Positions 44,945 through 53,833 of a DNA stretch of 64,000 nucleotides are shown one piece after another. Position numbers and translations under genes: made by a program. The first letter of the stretch is position 1, and every line of letters begins with the position of its first letter. A model generated the notes under the pieces. The model was not told the DNA's origin. It was given only the letters and a program-made list of their open reading frames with translations, and did no database searches. The DNA comes from an uncultured Rikenella sp. (GTDB lineage: Bacteria; Bacteroidota; Bacteroidia; Bacteroidales; VadinHA17): positions 12,457 to 76,456 of the forward strand of contig CAZUIF010000014.1 of NCBI GenBank assembly GCA_964621005.1, in the 5' to 3' direction.

Positions 44945-45019
44945 TCAGAATGCGTCCCTGTTCTTGATATTGCGGAATATCAGCTTCCTGTTTATGATCC
45001 AGCGATGGCGGGAATTCAT
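44945..45019 (-). other. Candidate 24-codon leader mini-ORF upstream of tnaA (speculative)
   Basis: ATG at 45019 to TGA at 44945 encodes MNSRHRWIINRKLIFRNIKNRDAF with a single Trp. It starts about 12 nt after the predicted transcription start and ends 197 nt before the tnaA ATG. Confidence 0.2.
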
Positions 45020-45029
45020 GGGAAACGGC

Positions 45030-45037
45030 TATTTTTG
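45030..45037 (+). promoter_or_regulatory. Candidate -7 box (TAnnTTTG) for the DUF3078 gene
   Basis: TATTTTTG directly abuts the opposite-strand box. Confidence 0.4.
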
Positions 45038-45045
45038 CAAATATA
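45038..45045 (-). promoter_or_regulatory. Candidate -7 box (TAnnTTTG) for the tnaA transcript
   Basis: CAAATATA on the + strand equals TATATTTG on the - strand. This implies a tnaA leader of about 285 nt. Confidence 0.4.
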
Positions 45046-45093
45046 ACTTTTTTAAGTTTGGGGTACAATCCGAATTTGTTTAAACATTATGCA

Positions 45094-47007
45094 ATGAGAC
45101 TGGGAACCATTAAGATTCTTTTGGCTGTTCTTTGCCTTGCCGGCACCGTGGTCCTTTCAGGCCAGACAATTGATACGCCGGCGGTGCCTCAGGTTACGGC
45201 GCCGCGAACCGATACACTTGCAGGGCCTGTCCATATCCTGAGGCAGATAAAGGCAGCACCTGTGCCGGGAATAAACGGCCCGCAGGATGTCAGCCTCGAC
45301 AGGGATGAGTCGCTGAAATTCCTTGAGCGCTTCTGTGCATCACCCGCACTCTGGAAAAAAAGCAACGACCCGCTGCGCGAGGCACTCAGAAACCTGCTAT
45401 GGCTTGCTTCAAAGCCGCCGGCAGACACTGTCATCAGTTTCCTTTCCCAATACCCCTTTGACCGGATCCGTGTACCGGCAGAAAGTTACTACCTGTTTGA
45501 TTCCGTCAGAATCATCCTTCCGGTCATTCAGCCTGACTCCCTCCGGAGAGATACCGCCGTGTCAAACGGCCATGCAGATGAGATGTTCATAAGTACCGGC
45601 CGGAAGCTCGAAAAGGTCAGGCTCTCGGCAGATGCCAGGCCAATCATGAAAAATGATACCCTGAAGCTGAATGACTCGGTATATATCCTGATGAAGGATT
45701 TCATCCCTGCAAGGCTGCCCCATCAGACCAACGACACAATAGTCCTTGTCATTACCGATACTCTCCCCGAAGTATCACTGGCCCGGACCGACTTCCCGTT
45801 CAGGTATCTGAGAAATCCTTACGTGAGTGATTCGCTCGAAGCAGCTGTCAATTCGCTCGTCGGTTACCTGGAGACACGTGATTCTTCGCTCTTGCGAATC
45901 ACCGGTGAGACTGGCCGCAGCTCTGAAATGTGGCTTAACGGCCTGTCTGACAACCTTGTGAGGTTCTGGCTGCCTGACGGCGAAGGCGACTCAGTGACTG
46001 TCTGGATAGGCAATCCTCTCCGCAATGCGATCACACTCAAGGCAGAGGAGGGAGTTCTTTTCAGGAAACAGGCATGGCATGACAGGTATGTTGATACCAG
46101 GGTAAATGTCACCACTGCGCAGGAAGAGGAGCTGAGAAGGGTGGCACTCAGCAAGATCAAGCCTGACCTCTGGAAGTTCAAGACAGACCTTTCATATCTT
46201 CTTTCGCAGGGTGTGATCTCAAACTGGGCCAAAGGGGGAGAGAGTAACATCTCATCAGTGCTTGATGTAACATCCGCCCTCAACTACAACAACAAGGTGA
46301 CGAAGGTCAATTCGGCAACCTCGGCCCGTTTTGCTCTCGGTCTCCAGGCATCGGGCAAGTACGGCGGCATCAGGAAAAACCTGGATATTTTCGAGATAAA
46401 CTCCAAGATCAACCACAAGGCGTTCGGCAAATTCGATCTGTCCGGCATTTTTCAGTTCAAGTCGCAGTTCCTTCCCGGATACACATACCCTAACGATACC
46501 ACCTCAATAATGGTCTCGAAGTTCTTCAACCCGGCCACTTTCATACTCGGTTACGGTCTCGAATACAAGCCTGACAAGAATACATCGATAAGTTTTTCAC
46601 CATTTTCGTACAAGGGGACATTTGTCACTGACACGGCAAACATCAACCAGACCAAGTACGGTATAGCCGCGGACAAACGTTCCAAGAACGAGCTGGGGGC
46701 CTATCTGACGTTAAACAGCAAGCTTGTGCTTTTCGAGAAGATTAACATGTCAAACAGAATCCAGTTGTTCAGTAACTTCCTTTCGAAGCCTCAGAATGTG
46801 GATGTCGACTGGGAGATGATTGCAACGATGCCGCTCAACTGGTTCACTGACCTGAGGGTGAACACCCACCTGATATATGATGACAACACCCTGCTTCCGG
46901 TTTTTGACAGGGGTGAGCCGGTGCTGGGCACTGACGGCAAGCAGAAGAAGGCACCAATGGTGCAGTTCAAGGAGCTCCTGGGGGTAAGTTTTGTGTTTAA
47001 GTTTTAA
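45094..47007 (+). CDS. DUF3078-domain outer-membrane protein with a long N-terminal extension
   Basis: ATG at 45094 gives MRLGTIKILLAVLCLAGTVVLSGQ (signal peptide). The C-terminal half has LSQGVISNWAKGGESNIS and a beta-barrel-like alternating pattern ending in F. Confidence 0.7.
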   Translation: MRLGTIKILLAVLCLAGTVVLSGQTIDTPAVPQVTAPRTDTLAGPVHILRQIKAAPVPGINGPQDVSLDRDESLKFLERFCASPALWKKSNDPLREALRNLLWLASKPPADTVISFLSQYPFDRIRVPAESYYLFDSVRIILPVIQPDSLRRDTAVSNGHADEMFISTGRKLEKVRLSADARPIMKNDTLKLNDSVYILMKDFIPARLPHQTNDTIVLVITDTLPEVSLARTDFPFRYLRNPYVSDSLEAAVNSLVGYLETRDSSLLRITGETGRSSEMWLNGLSDNLVRFWLPDGEGDSVTVWIGNPLRNAITLKAEEGVLFRKQAWHDRYVDTRVNVTTAQEEELRRVALSKIKPDLWKFKTDLSYLLSQGVISNWAKGGESNISSVLDVTSALNYNNKVTKVNSATSARFALGLQASGKYGGIRKNLDIFEINSKINHKAFGKFDLSGIFQFKSQFLPGYTYPNDTTSIMVSKFFNPATFILGYGLEYKPDKNTSISFSPFSYKGTFVTDTANINQTKYGIAADKRSKNELGAYLTLNSKLVLFEKINMSNRIQLFSNFLSKPQNVDVDWEMIATMPLNWFTDLRVNTHLIYDDNTLLPVFDRGEPVLGTDGKQKKAPMVQFKELLGVSFVFKF

Positions 47008-47876
47008 AGGAGAAGCAGATCCAACACAACGGCAAGTCCGAAGATTACCCCGGCAATACCGTTGGTGGTGCCGAAAGCAAGGTCTACCCGGCTCAGATCA
47101 TCAGGTTTCACAATCAGGTGCTGGTAAATCAGCATTGCCACGAAGATAGCTGCTCCGGCCCAGAAGATAAATCCGCTTCCGGCGACGGCGCCTGCCATGA
47201 TCACCAGTACCACAGTTACAAAATGAAGGGCTCCGGACACTGCCAGGGCTTTCCCGCGTGACATAACTGCAGGTATTGAGTAGAGTCCGGTCTCACGGTC
47301 AAACTGGTCGTCCTGGAGTGAATAGATAATATCAAATCCGCTGACCCAGGTAAGTACAATAAATGAATAGATAACCGGCAGAATTGCAAAGTGACCGGTC
47401 ACGGCAATATAAGCGCCTATCGGGGCAAGGCTCAGCCCAAGCCCCAGTACAAGATGGCACAGCGGGGTGAACCGCTTGGTATAGCTGTAGCCGAGTATTA
47501 CTGCAAGAGCCACTGGTGACAGTATGAGCGTCAGCCTGTTGAGCAGTGACGTGGCAGCTATGAAGAGGAGGGAGCTGGCAACAACAAACACCATCGCCTG
47601 GCGCGGGGTGATCTTTCCTGATGGGATTTCGCGTACGGCAGTGCGGGGATTCAGGGAGTCGAATCTCACATCGGCCCACCTGTTGAATGCCATTGCCGCG
47701 CTCCGCGCGAAAACCATGCAGGCCAGCACCAGCAGGAAAGTCCTCAGTGAGAAACCGTAACCAGGCTCCGTGGCTCCGATGAAATACCCTGCAAGGGCGA
47801 AGGGCATCGCAAAGACAGTGTGACTGAACTTTACGAGTGAAAAATAGTGTTGTGTCCTGCCAGGCAGCTTCTTCAT
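47004..47876 (-). CDS. UbiA-family aromatic prenyltransferase
   Basis: FSLVKFSHTVFAMPFAL, NRWADVRFD (Asp-rich motif), polytopic. 290 aa. Confidence 0.8.
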   Translation of the reverse strand: MKKLPGRTQHYFSLVKFSHTVFAMPFALAGYFIGATEPGYGFSLRTFLLVLACMVFARSAAMAFNRWADVRFDSLNPRTAVREIPSGKITPRQAMVFVVASSLLFIAATSLLNRLTLILSPVALAVILGYSYTKRFTPLCHLVLGLGLSLAPIGAYIAVTGHFAILPVIYSFIVLTWVSGFDIIYSLQDDQFDRETGLYSIPAVMSRGKALAVSGALHFVTVVLVIMAGAVAGSGFIFWAGAAIFVAMLIYQHLIVKPDDLSRVDLAFGTTNGIAGVIFGLAVVLDLLLL

Positions 47877-50323
47877 CTCAGTGTCGCTCCGAACTCGCGC
47901 TCAAAAGCCCTGATAAGAGCGCCCATGGTCTTTTCGATGTTCTTTTCGGTGAGTGTCTGCCTCTCATCACGAAGGATGAAGCTTACTGCATAAGATTTTC
48001 TGTCCTTACCCAGCGCTTCACTTTCATACAGGTCGAAGAGGTCGACATCCTGGAGGATGTTCCTCTCAGTTTTAAAGGCAAGATCGCGTATCTGGCTGAA
48101 TCGTACTGACCTGTCAAGCAGCAGTGCCAGGTCGCGGCGCACCCACGGGTATTTCGGAAGCTCACTGTACCTGATTGTGCGGTTATTTAAAAGCCTGATG
48201 ACGTTCTCCCAGTTTATTTCGCCGTAGAAGACATCCTGCCTGATGTCAAACATGGACAGATATTTGCGTGCCACCTTTCCGAATGAGGCTACATCAAGGC
48301 TCCCGGCGGTGTACTTCATCCCTTCCGCGAACCAGCCTGCAGTCTCATCTGCTTCAGTGATGTCACGCCTTGCTATACCGAAGCGGGAGAGAACCATTTC
48401 AATGTATCCCTTTATGTGGAAGAACCCTGTGGCTGTTTCGGCAGCATTCCACCTCTTCTCGTTCATGCTGCCGGTGATAGCAAGGGCAAGAACCTGCTTC
48501 TCACTGAAGTTATCAGTGATCTCAAGTGTTCCGCGCCCCTCTTTCCTGCTGTAGGTGTTGCCAAGCTCAAAGAGCCGGAGGCTGCTGTTCTGCCTGTTTA
48601 TGTTCCATGCAACTGTGCTGAGCATCCCCGGCAGAAGTGAAATGCGCATCACATTCAGGTCACTGCTCAGGGGGTTGGCCAGCCTGACGATTGCCGGCAC
48701 GTCAAAGTCGCCGGTAGTTTCATACCACGCAGCAGGAGTGAGAGAGTTGCACATGATCTCTGCAAACCCGTTGGCTGAGAGCATTTCTGCCATATTGGAA
48801 GCAACCTTCTCGCTGTCAGGTTTTTCTGTATGTGAGAGCATCGAATGCATCTCTCTGCTGATGCCGATATTGTCATAGCCGTATATCCTGAGCACCTCCT
48901 CGGTGACATCAGCCTCGCGGGTAACATCAACGCGGTAAGCAGGAATCTCCAGTGCAAGAGTGTCAGGTTCTTCAGAAGTTATGTGAATATCAAGACTGTA
49001 CAGGATTGTCTTGACAGTCTCCACAGGTATTTCCTTACCTATAAGCCTGGTCATACGGTCAAGTGAATATCTGACAACGGCTTTTCTTACCGGGGAAGGG
49101 TATATGTCAACTATGTCTCCTGTTATTTCACCTCCTGCAAGCTCCTTCACCAGCATGGCAGCCCTCTTCAGGGCGTAGAGTGTCATCTCGGGATCAGTAC
49201 CTCTCTCGAACCTGTAGGAGGCGTCCGTCCTCAGGTCATGTTTGCGTGAGGTCCGCCGTACAGATACAGGACTGAATGTGGCACTCTCGAGGAAGAGATC
49301 CGTTGTGGCTTCGGTTACGCCCGATTTCAGTCCTCCGAAAACACCTGCAATGCACATCCCTTCATCGCGGTTGCATATCATTAGGTCTGCTGAAGAGAGG
49401 GTGCGCTCAACACCGTCAAGTGTGACGAATTTTGTTTTTTCCGGCAGGTGCCTGACGCGGACGGTGTCTCCAGTGATAGCAGCGGCGTCAAATGCGTGCA
49501 GCGGCTGTCCCGTCTCGTGCAGCACGAAGTTGGTGATGTCAACGACGTTGTTTATGGGATTGAGCCCGATGGCTCTCAGCCTGGTCTGCAGCCATGCCGG
49601 GGAGGGACCTACCTTAATGCCGTGCAAGGTCAGGCCGGAATAGCGTATGCAGGCTTCCGGGGCTTCAACAGTCACGCTGATTGCACCCTTGTCCTTTTCC
49701 TTCCTGAAACCGGCTATTTCAGGCAGCTTTGCCCTGACGGGATGCTGAAGATTGAAGTATGCCGCCAGATCCCTGGCTACGCCGAAGTGTGAACTGCAAT
49801 CTATTCTGTTCGGCGTGAGACCTATCTCAAAAACAGTATCTGTTGTCACTCCGAAGTATTCGGCTGCAGGCATTCCTGGCCTTGCCTTGCTGTCGAGGAC
49901 TATTATACCTTCATGGTCAGTACCTATGCCAAGTTCATCCTCGGCACAGATCATCCCTTCGGAGAGCTGACCCCTTATCTTTGATTTTTTGATTTCAAAC
50001 TGCTCGTTACCGTGGAAGACCATTGTTCCGGGGAGAGCCACTGCCACCGTCTGACCGGCAGCTACATTGGGTGCTCCGCAGACTATTTGAAGCGGTTCCG
50101 TTCCCCCCGCGTCAACGGTGGTGACACTGAGCCTGTCGGCATCGGGATGCCTCTCACAGGTGAGTACCTTACCCACAACAACACCCTTCATGCCTCCCCT
50201 GACCGAGACCCACTCCTCCATACCCTCAACCTCAAGTCCCAGTGATGTCAGAACCGACGAAAGCTCATCGGACTGTGCATCAAAATCAAGATATTCCCTG
50301 AGCCAGTTGTAAGAAATCTTCAT
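47873..50323 (-). CDS. pheT: Phenylalanine--tRNA ligase beta subunit
   Basis: ATG at 50323 gives the canonical MKISYNWLREYLDF. tRNA-binding, B3/4, B5 and FDX-ACB regions are recognisable. Confidence 0.9.
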   Translation of the reverse strand: MKISYNWLREYLDFDAQSDELSSVLTSLGLEVEGMEEWVSVRGGMKGVVVGKVLTCERHPDADRLSVTTVDAGGTEPLQIVCGAPNVAAGQTVAVALPGTMVFHGNEQFEIKKSKIRGQLSEGMICAEDELGIGTDHEGIIVLDSKARPGMPAAEYFGVTTDTVFEIGLTPNRIDCSSHFGVARDLAAYFNLQHPVRAKLPEIAGFRKEKDKGAISVTVEAPEACIRYSGLTLHGIKVGPSPAWLQTRLRAIGLNPINNVVDITNFVLHETGQPLHAFDAAAITGDTVRVRHLPEKTKFVTLDGVERTLSSADLMICNRDEGMCIAGVFGGLKSGVTEATTDLFLESATFSPVSVRRTSRKHDLRTDASYRFERGTDPEMTLYALKRAAMLVKELAGGEITGDIVDIYPSPVRKAVVRYSLDRMTRLIGKEIPVETVKTILYSLDIHITSEEPDTLALEIPAYRVDVTREADVTEEVLRIYGYDNIGISREMHSMLSHTEKPDSEKVASNMAEMLSANGFAEIMCNSLTPAAWYETTGDFDVPAIVRLANPLSSDLNVMRISLLPGMLSTVAWNINRQNSSLRLFELGNTYSRKEGRGTLEITDNFSEKQVLALAITGSMNEKRWNAAETATGFFHIKGYIEMVLSRFGIARRDITEADETAGWFAEGMKYTAGSLDVASFGKVARKYLSMFDIRQDVFYGEINWENVIRLLNNRTIRYSELPKYPWVRRDLALLLDRSVRFSQIRDLAFKTERNILQDVDLFDLYESEALGKDRKSYAVSFILRDERQTLTEKNIEKTMGALIRAFEREFGATLR

Positions 50324-50418
50324 CGCGGTATAATTATCAGTTTTTTGAACATGCAAAAGTAAGGAAAAAAGGTTTGCGGCATCAACGGGCGCAGTATTAA
50401 AAGCAGCGTCATTATCAT

Positions 50419-50426
50419 TATATTTG
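50419..50426 (+). promoter_or_regulatory. Candidate -7 box (TAnnTTTG) upstream of surE
   Basis: TATATTTG lies 20 nt before the ATG at 50446. Confidence 0.4.
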
Positions 50427-50445
50427 CACGTCAACAGAAATCCAG

Positions 50446-51222
50446 ATGAAATTAAAGGAAAACGATAAACTGATACTTATCACCAATGATGACGGGTTGT
50501 ATGCAGGAGGGATCCGGACCCTCATCAGGATCATGGAAGACTTCGGCAAGCTGGTGGTTATCTCTGCCACAGAGAGCCGCAGCGCCATGTCGCAGGCACT
50601 CACGGTGAAACAGCCCCTCAGGGTCAAGCTTCTTGATGAGGATGACCGAAAGCGCATCTATGCCTGCAGCGGCACGCCGGCTGACGGGGTCAAGCTGGCG
50701 GTGAACCAGCTTCTCGACAGGAAGCCTGACCTGATAGTTTCAGGCATAAATCACGGATCAAACGCGTCAGCCAGCATTCTATACTCCGGCACCATGGCCG
50801 CGGCCCTGGAGGGCTGCCTATATGACATCACCTCGGTGGGTTTCTCTCTCAACAGTTACTCGTCGTCAGCTGACTTTTCCGGGTGCGAAGAGTATATCAG
50901 GAAGATCTGCGAAATGCTTCTTCGCGAACCCCTTCCTTCGGGAATATGCCTGAACGTTAACTTCCCGGCACTGCCGGCATCCGAGATCAAAGGGATGGTG
51001 GTGGCACGCCAGGCCTCAGGCAACTGGCAGGAGGAGTTTGAAAAAAGGAAAGATCCTGCCGGAAAGACTTATTACTGGCTGACAGGCAACTTTATCAACC
51101 ATGAACCGGATGCATCCGATACTGACGACTGGGCTATACAGAACGGGTATGTGTCAGTGGTGCCGGTAACAACTGACATGACAGCATACGGTTACCTGGA
51201 TAAACTAAAATCAAAGCTCTGA
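50446..51222 (+). CDS. surE: 5'/3'-nucleotidase SurE
   Basis: ILITNDDGLYAGGIRTL, SGINHGSN, YSGTMAAALEG. Confidence 0.9.
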   Translation: MKLKENDKLILITNDDGLYAGGIRTLIRIMEDFGKLVVISATESRSAMSQALTVKQPLRVKLLDEDDRKRIYACSGTPADGVKLAVNQLLDRKPDLIVSGINHGSNASASILYSGTMAAALEGCLYDITSVGFSLNSYSSSADFSGCEEYIRKICEMLLREPLPSGICLNVNFPALPASEIKGMVVARQASGNWQEEFEKRKDPAGKTYYWLTGNFINHEPDASDTDDWAIQNGYVSVVPVTTDMTAYGYLDKLKSKL

Positions 51223-51223
51223 G

Positions 51224-51520
51224 ATGCGGGCCACGCAAAGGTTCAACAATGCCCTGACCGGGGTGGCAGCCGGATTTGTGATTCCGGCAACAGCCTTCAT
51301 TGTATTTTTTCTTTTTACCCATAACGGTCTCTCATTCAGCGACTATTTCAAAAGAGTGGAAGAAGCCGGCAACATAACCAGCATAATGAGTGTCTGTGTC
51401 TTTTCCAATATCATTGCCTTTCTGCTCTTCAACCGCTTTGACATGCTCAGGGCATCCAGGGGAGTGCTGGGAATTACAATTGCCTGGGCATTCGTTGTAT
51501 TTGCCATAAAGCTGTTTTAG
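51224..51520 (+). CDS. Small membrane protein (3 predicted TM helices), unknown function
   Basis: 98 aa, hydrophobic segments. Tightly wedged between surE and lpxB with 1-nt and 0-nt gaps. Confidence 0.5.
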   Translation: MRATQRFNNALTGVAAGFVIPATAFIVFFLFTHNGLSFSDYFKRVEEAGNITSIMSVCVFSNIIAFLLFNRFDMLRASRGVLGITIAWAFVVFAIKLF

Positions 51521-52651
51521 ATGAAGTATTTCATAATTGCCGGTGAACCTTCAGGCGATCTTCACGGGTCAAACCTCGTGAAGCACCTTCAGATGGCTGA
51601 TCCGGACGCTGACATAGCCTGCTGGGGCGGCGAACTGATGAAGGAGGCCGGTGCCCGGCTGCTTAAGCACTATCGCGAAACAGCTTATATGGGCGTTTGG
51701 GAGGTCCTCGTCAACTTCCGGAAAATACAGGCCAATTTCGGCGAGTGCCGGCGCCAGATAAAGGAGATGAATCCGGATGTGGTGATCCTGATAGATTATC
51801 CCGGGTTCAACCTCCGTATGGCAAGGTTTGCGAAGGAATCAGGTATCAGGGTCTTTTACTACATATCTCCGAAATTCTGGGCATGGGGAGAGGGGAGAGT
51901 CAAAAAGATCAAAGAGACCGTAGACAGGCTCTATATAATCTTTCCGTTTGAAAAAGAGTTCTACATTAAACATGAATACCCGGCTATCTTCCTGGGCAAT
52001 CCCCTCATAGACCACATTGATGCCTGGCGCGCCGGTGCACCCGGCAATGAAGCCATCAGGGCCTCGATGGGACTCGACAGCCGGCCGGTGATAGCCTTGC
52101 TCTCCGGCAGCCGGTTCCAGGAGGTAAGCAGGATACTTCCGGTCATGGCTGCTGCGGCGCCGGCATACCCTGATTACCAGTTTGTGGTGGCAGCCATGGA
52201 TCACCTCCCTTCACGTCTTTATGAGGAAGTTGCTTCAAAATACCCGGTCAGGATTATAAAGGGAAAGACCTATGATCTACTGGCAGTGGCAGAGGCGGCC
52301 CTGGTTACATCGGGCACTGCAACCCTTGAGACAGCCCTTTTTGATGTGCCCCAGGTCGTATGCTACAACACCAGCCCGCTTACCTACCGGCTGGCAAAAA
52401 TGGCTATAAGGGTACGTTTCATATCACTCGTGAACCTCATAATGGACAGGGAGGTTGTCAGGGAACTGATACAGGGTGACCTCAATAATGCCAGGCTGCA
52501 CACGGAGCTGGATGAGATCCTGGTGACAGGCTATAGGTATCAGATGATAAAGAAGGATTACACTGAGCTCCGCGGGATACTTGGCGGCGGCGGCGCCTCC
52601 GGGAGGGTGGCGGCAGATATGGTGGCCAGTCTTGAAATAAATGCAGGATGA
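51521..52651 (+). CDS. lpxB: Lipid-A-disaccharide synthase
   Basis: MKYFIIAGEPSGDLHGSNL, ILIDYPGFNLR, SGTATLETAL. Confidence 0.9.
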   Translation: MKYFIIAGEPSGDLHGSNLVKHLQMADPDADIACWGGELMKEAGARLLKHYRETAYMGVWEVLVNFRKIQANFGECRRQIKEMNPDVVILIDYPGFNLRMARFAKESGIRVFYYISPKFWAWGEGRVKKIKETVDRLYIIFPFEKEFYIKHEYPAIFLGNPLIDHIDAWRAGAPGNEAIRASMGLDSRPVIALLSGSRFQEVSRILPVMAAAAPAYPDYQFVVAAMDHLPSRLYEEVASKYPVRIIKGKTYDLLAVAEAALVTSGTATLETALFDVPQVVCYNTSPLTYRLAKMAIRVRFISLVNLIMDREVVRELIQGDLNNARLHTELDEILVTGYRYQMIKKDYTELRGILGGGGASGRVAADMVASLEINAG

Positions 52652-53799
52652 TGAGGAGAGGAGCACTGATCTTCATATTCCTGTTAATTCTGCCGCTGGC
52701 AGGCTTTTCACAGATCTCGATACGGATCTTTGCACGGTCAAAGCCTGCCTCGGTCATCTTCACCCCGGAAAACGGGGTGTTCCTGCTCCGTGACGGCGCC
52801 GCCGCCGCTGTGCGCCTCACTGAGGGTGATGTTGTTGCCGTGACCAGTTTTGAAGACAGGGTTATCTACCGCACATTGTCCGGAATTTACGGGGCGGCCG
52901 ACTCAATAGCCTTTGACCCCGCTTCAGCAGACGCCCTGTTCAGGCTGCGCGCTCCCGGCAATGCCGAGCCTGAGAAGGTCCTCAACGGGAAACTGACTGT
53001 CAAACCATTTCCCGGGTCACTGCAGGTGCTGAATTTCACAACTGTAGAGGAGTCTCTGCCGGGTGTGGTCCGCGCCGAGGCTGGCAAACTGGGGCCGTCT
53101 CACTACTTCAGGGCCCAGGCGGTGGTAGCACGGACCTATTTCTACAGGAACATGGAAAGGCATTCGCTTGACGGGTACAACTTCTGTGATGATGTCCACT
53201 GCCAGGTTTATCCGGGGGTGGTTACTGACAGTGTGATTGTCAACGCCTGTCGTTCCACCGCAGGAAAGGTGCTGACAGACCGCGACAGCCTGCTGATAGA
53301 AGCTGCCTTCCACGGAAATTGCGGGGGAGAAACAGCCTCGTCGGCCGATGTGTGGCTGGCCGGATACCCGTATCTTGTCAGCGTGAAAGACCCGTGGTGC
53401 AGCTACTCAGCCTCCTTCACCTGGAGAAGGAGTATTGCCCGGGCTGAATGGGACAGCTTTCTGTTATCGAAGGGAATTATCCCCGGGAAGGAGGGGGCAC
53501 TTTATACAGGTCAGGCCGGTGAAGGAAGGATAGCCAGCCGGTCAGTTCAGGGGAAACAGGTTACAAGCGAGGAGATCAGGCTCCGTTTCGGACTGAGATC
53601 TTCCTATTTTTCACTTGCACAGGCAGGTGACAGCATTATTTTAAGCGGCAGGGGATACGGGCACGGGGTTGGCCTTTGCCAGGACGGCGCCAAACATATG
53701 GCTGAAAAGAAGTACAGTTTTGAAAGTATAATAGGGTTCTATTACCCAGGAACTATAATTACTGACATCAAAAATGCCCGGAGACCTGCAAGGCCTTGA
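52648..53799 (+). CDS. SpoIID/LytB-domain protein
   Basis: VVRAEAG, FRAQAVVARTY, FCDDVHCQVYPG, GHGVGLCQDGA. Confidence 0.85.
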   Translation: MMRRGALIFIFLLILPLAGFSQISIRIFARSKPASVIFTPENGVFLLRDGAAAAVRLTEGDVVAVTSFEDRVIYRTLSGIYGAADSIAFDPASADALFRLRAPGNAEPEKVLNGKLTVKPFPGSLQVLNFTTVEESLPGVVRAEAGKLGPSHYFRAQAVVARTYFYRNMERHSLDGYNFCDDVHCQVYPGVVTDSVIVNACRSTAGKVLTDRDSLLIEAAFHGNCGGETASSADVWLAGYPYLVSVKDPWCSYSASFTWRRSIARAEWDSFLLSKGIIPGKEGALYTGQAGEGRIASRSVQGKQVTSEEIRLRFGLRSSYFSLAQAGDSIILSGRGYGHGVGLCQDGAKHMAEKKYSFESIIGFYYPGTIITDIKNARRPARP

Positions 53800-53833
53800 A
53801 AGATTTGGATAATTTTACAGCAAACTTGAAAAT

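Noticed and set aside
44847-45068. 73-aa ORF on the minus strand in the tnaA upstream region
   Set aside because: It starts with TTG upstream of the predicted promoter, runs through the heptamer repeat (which produces low-complexity sequence) and has no motifs.
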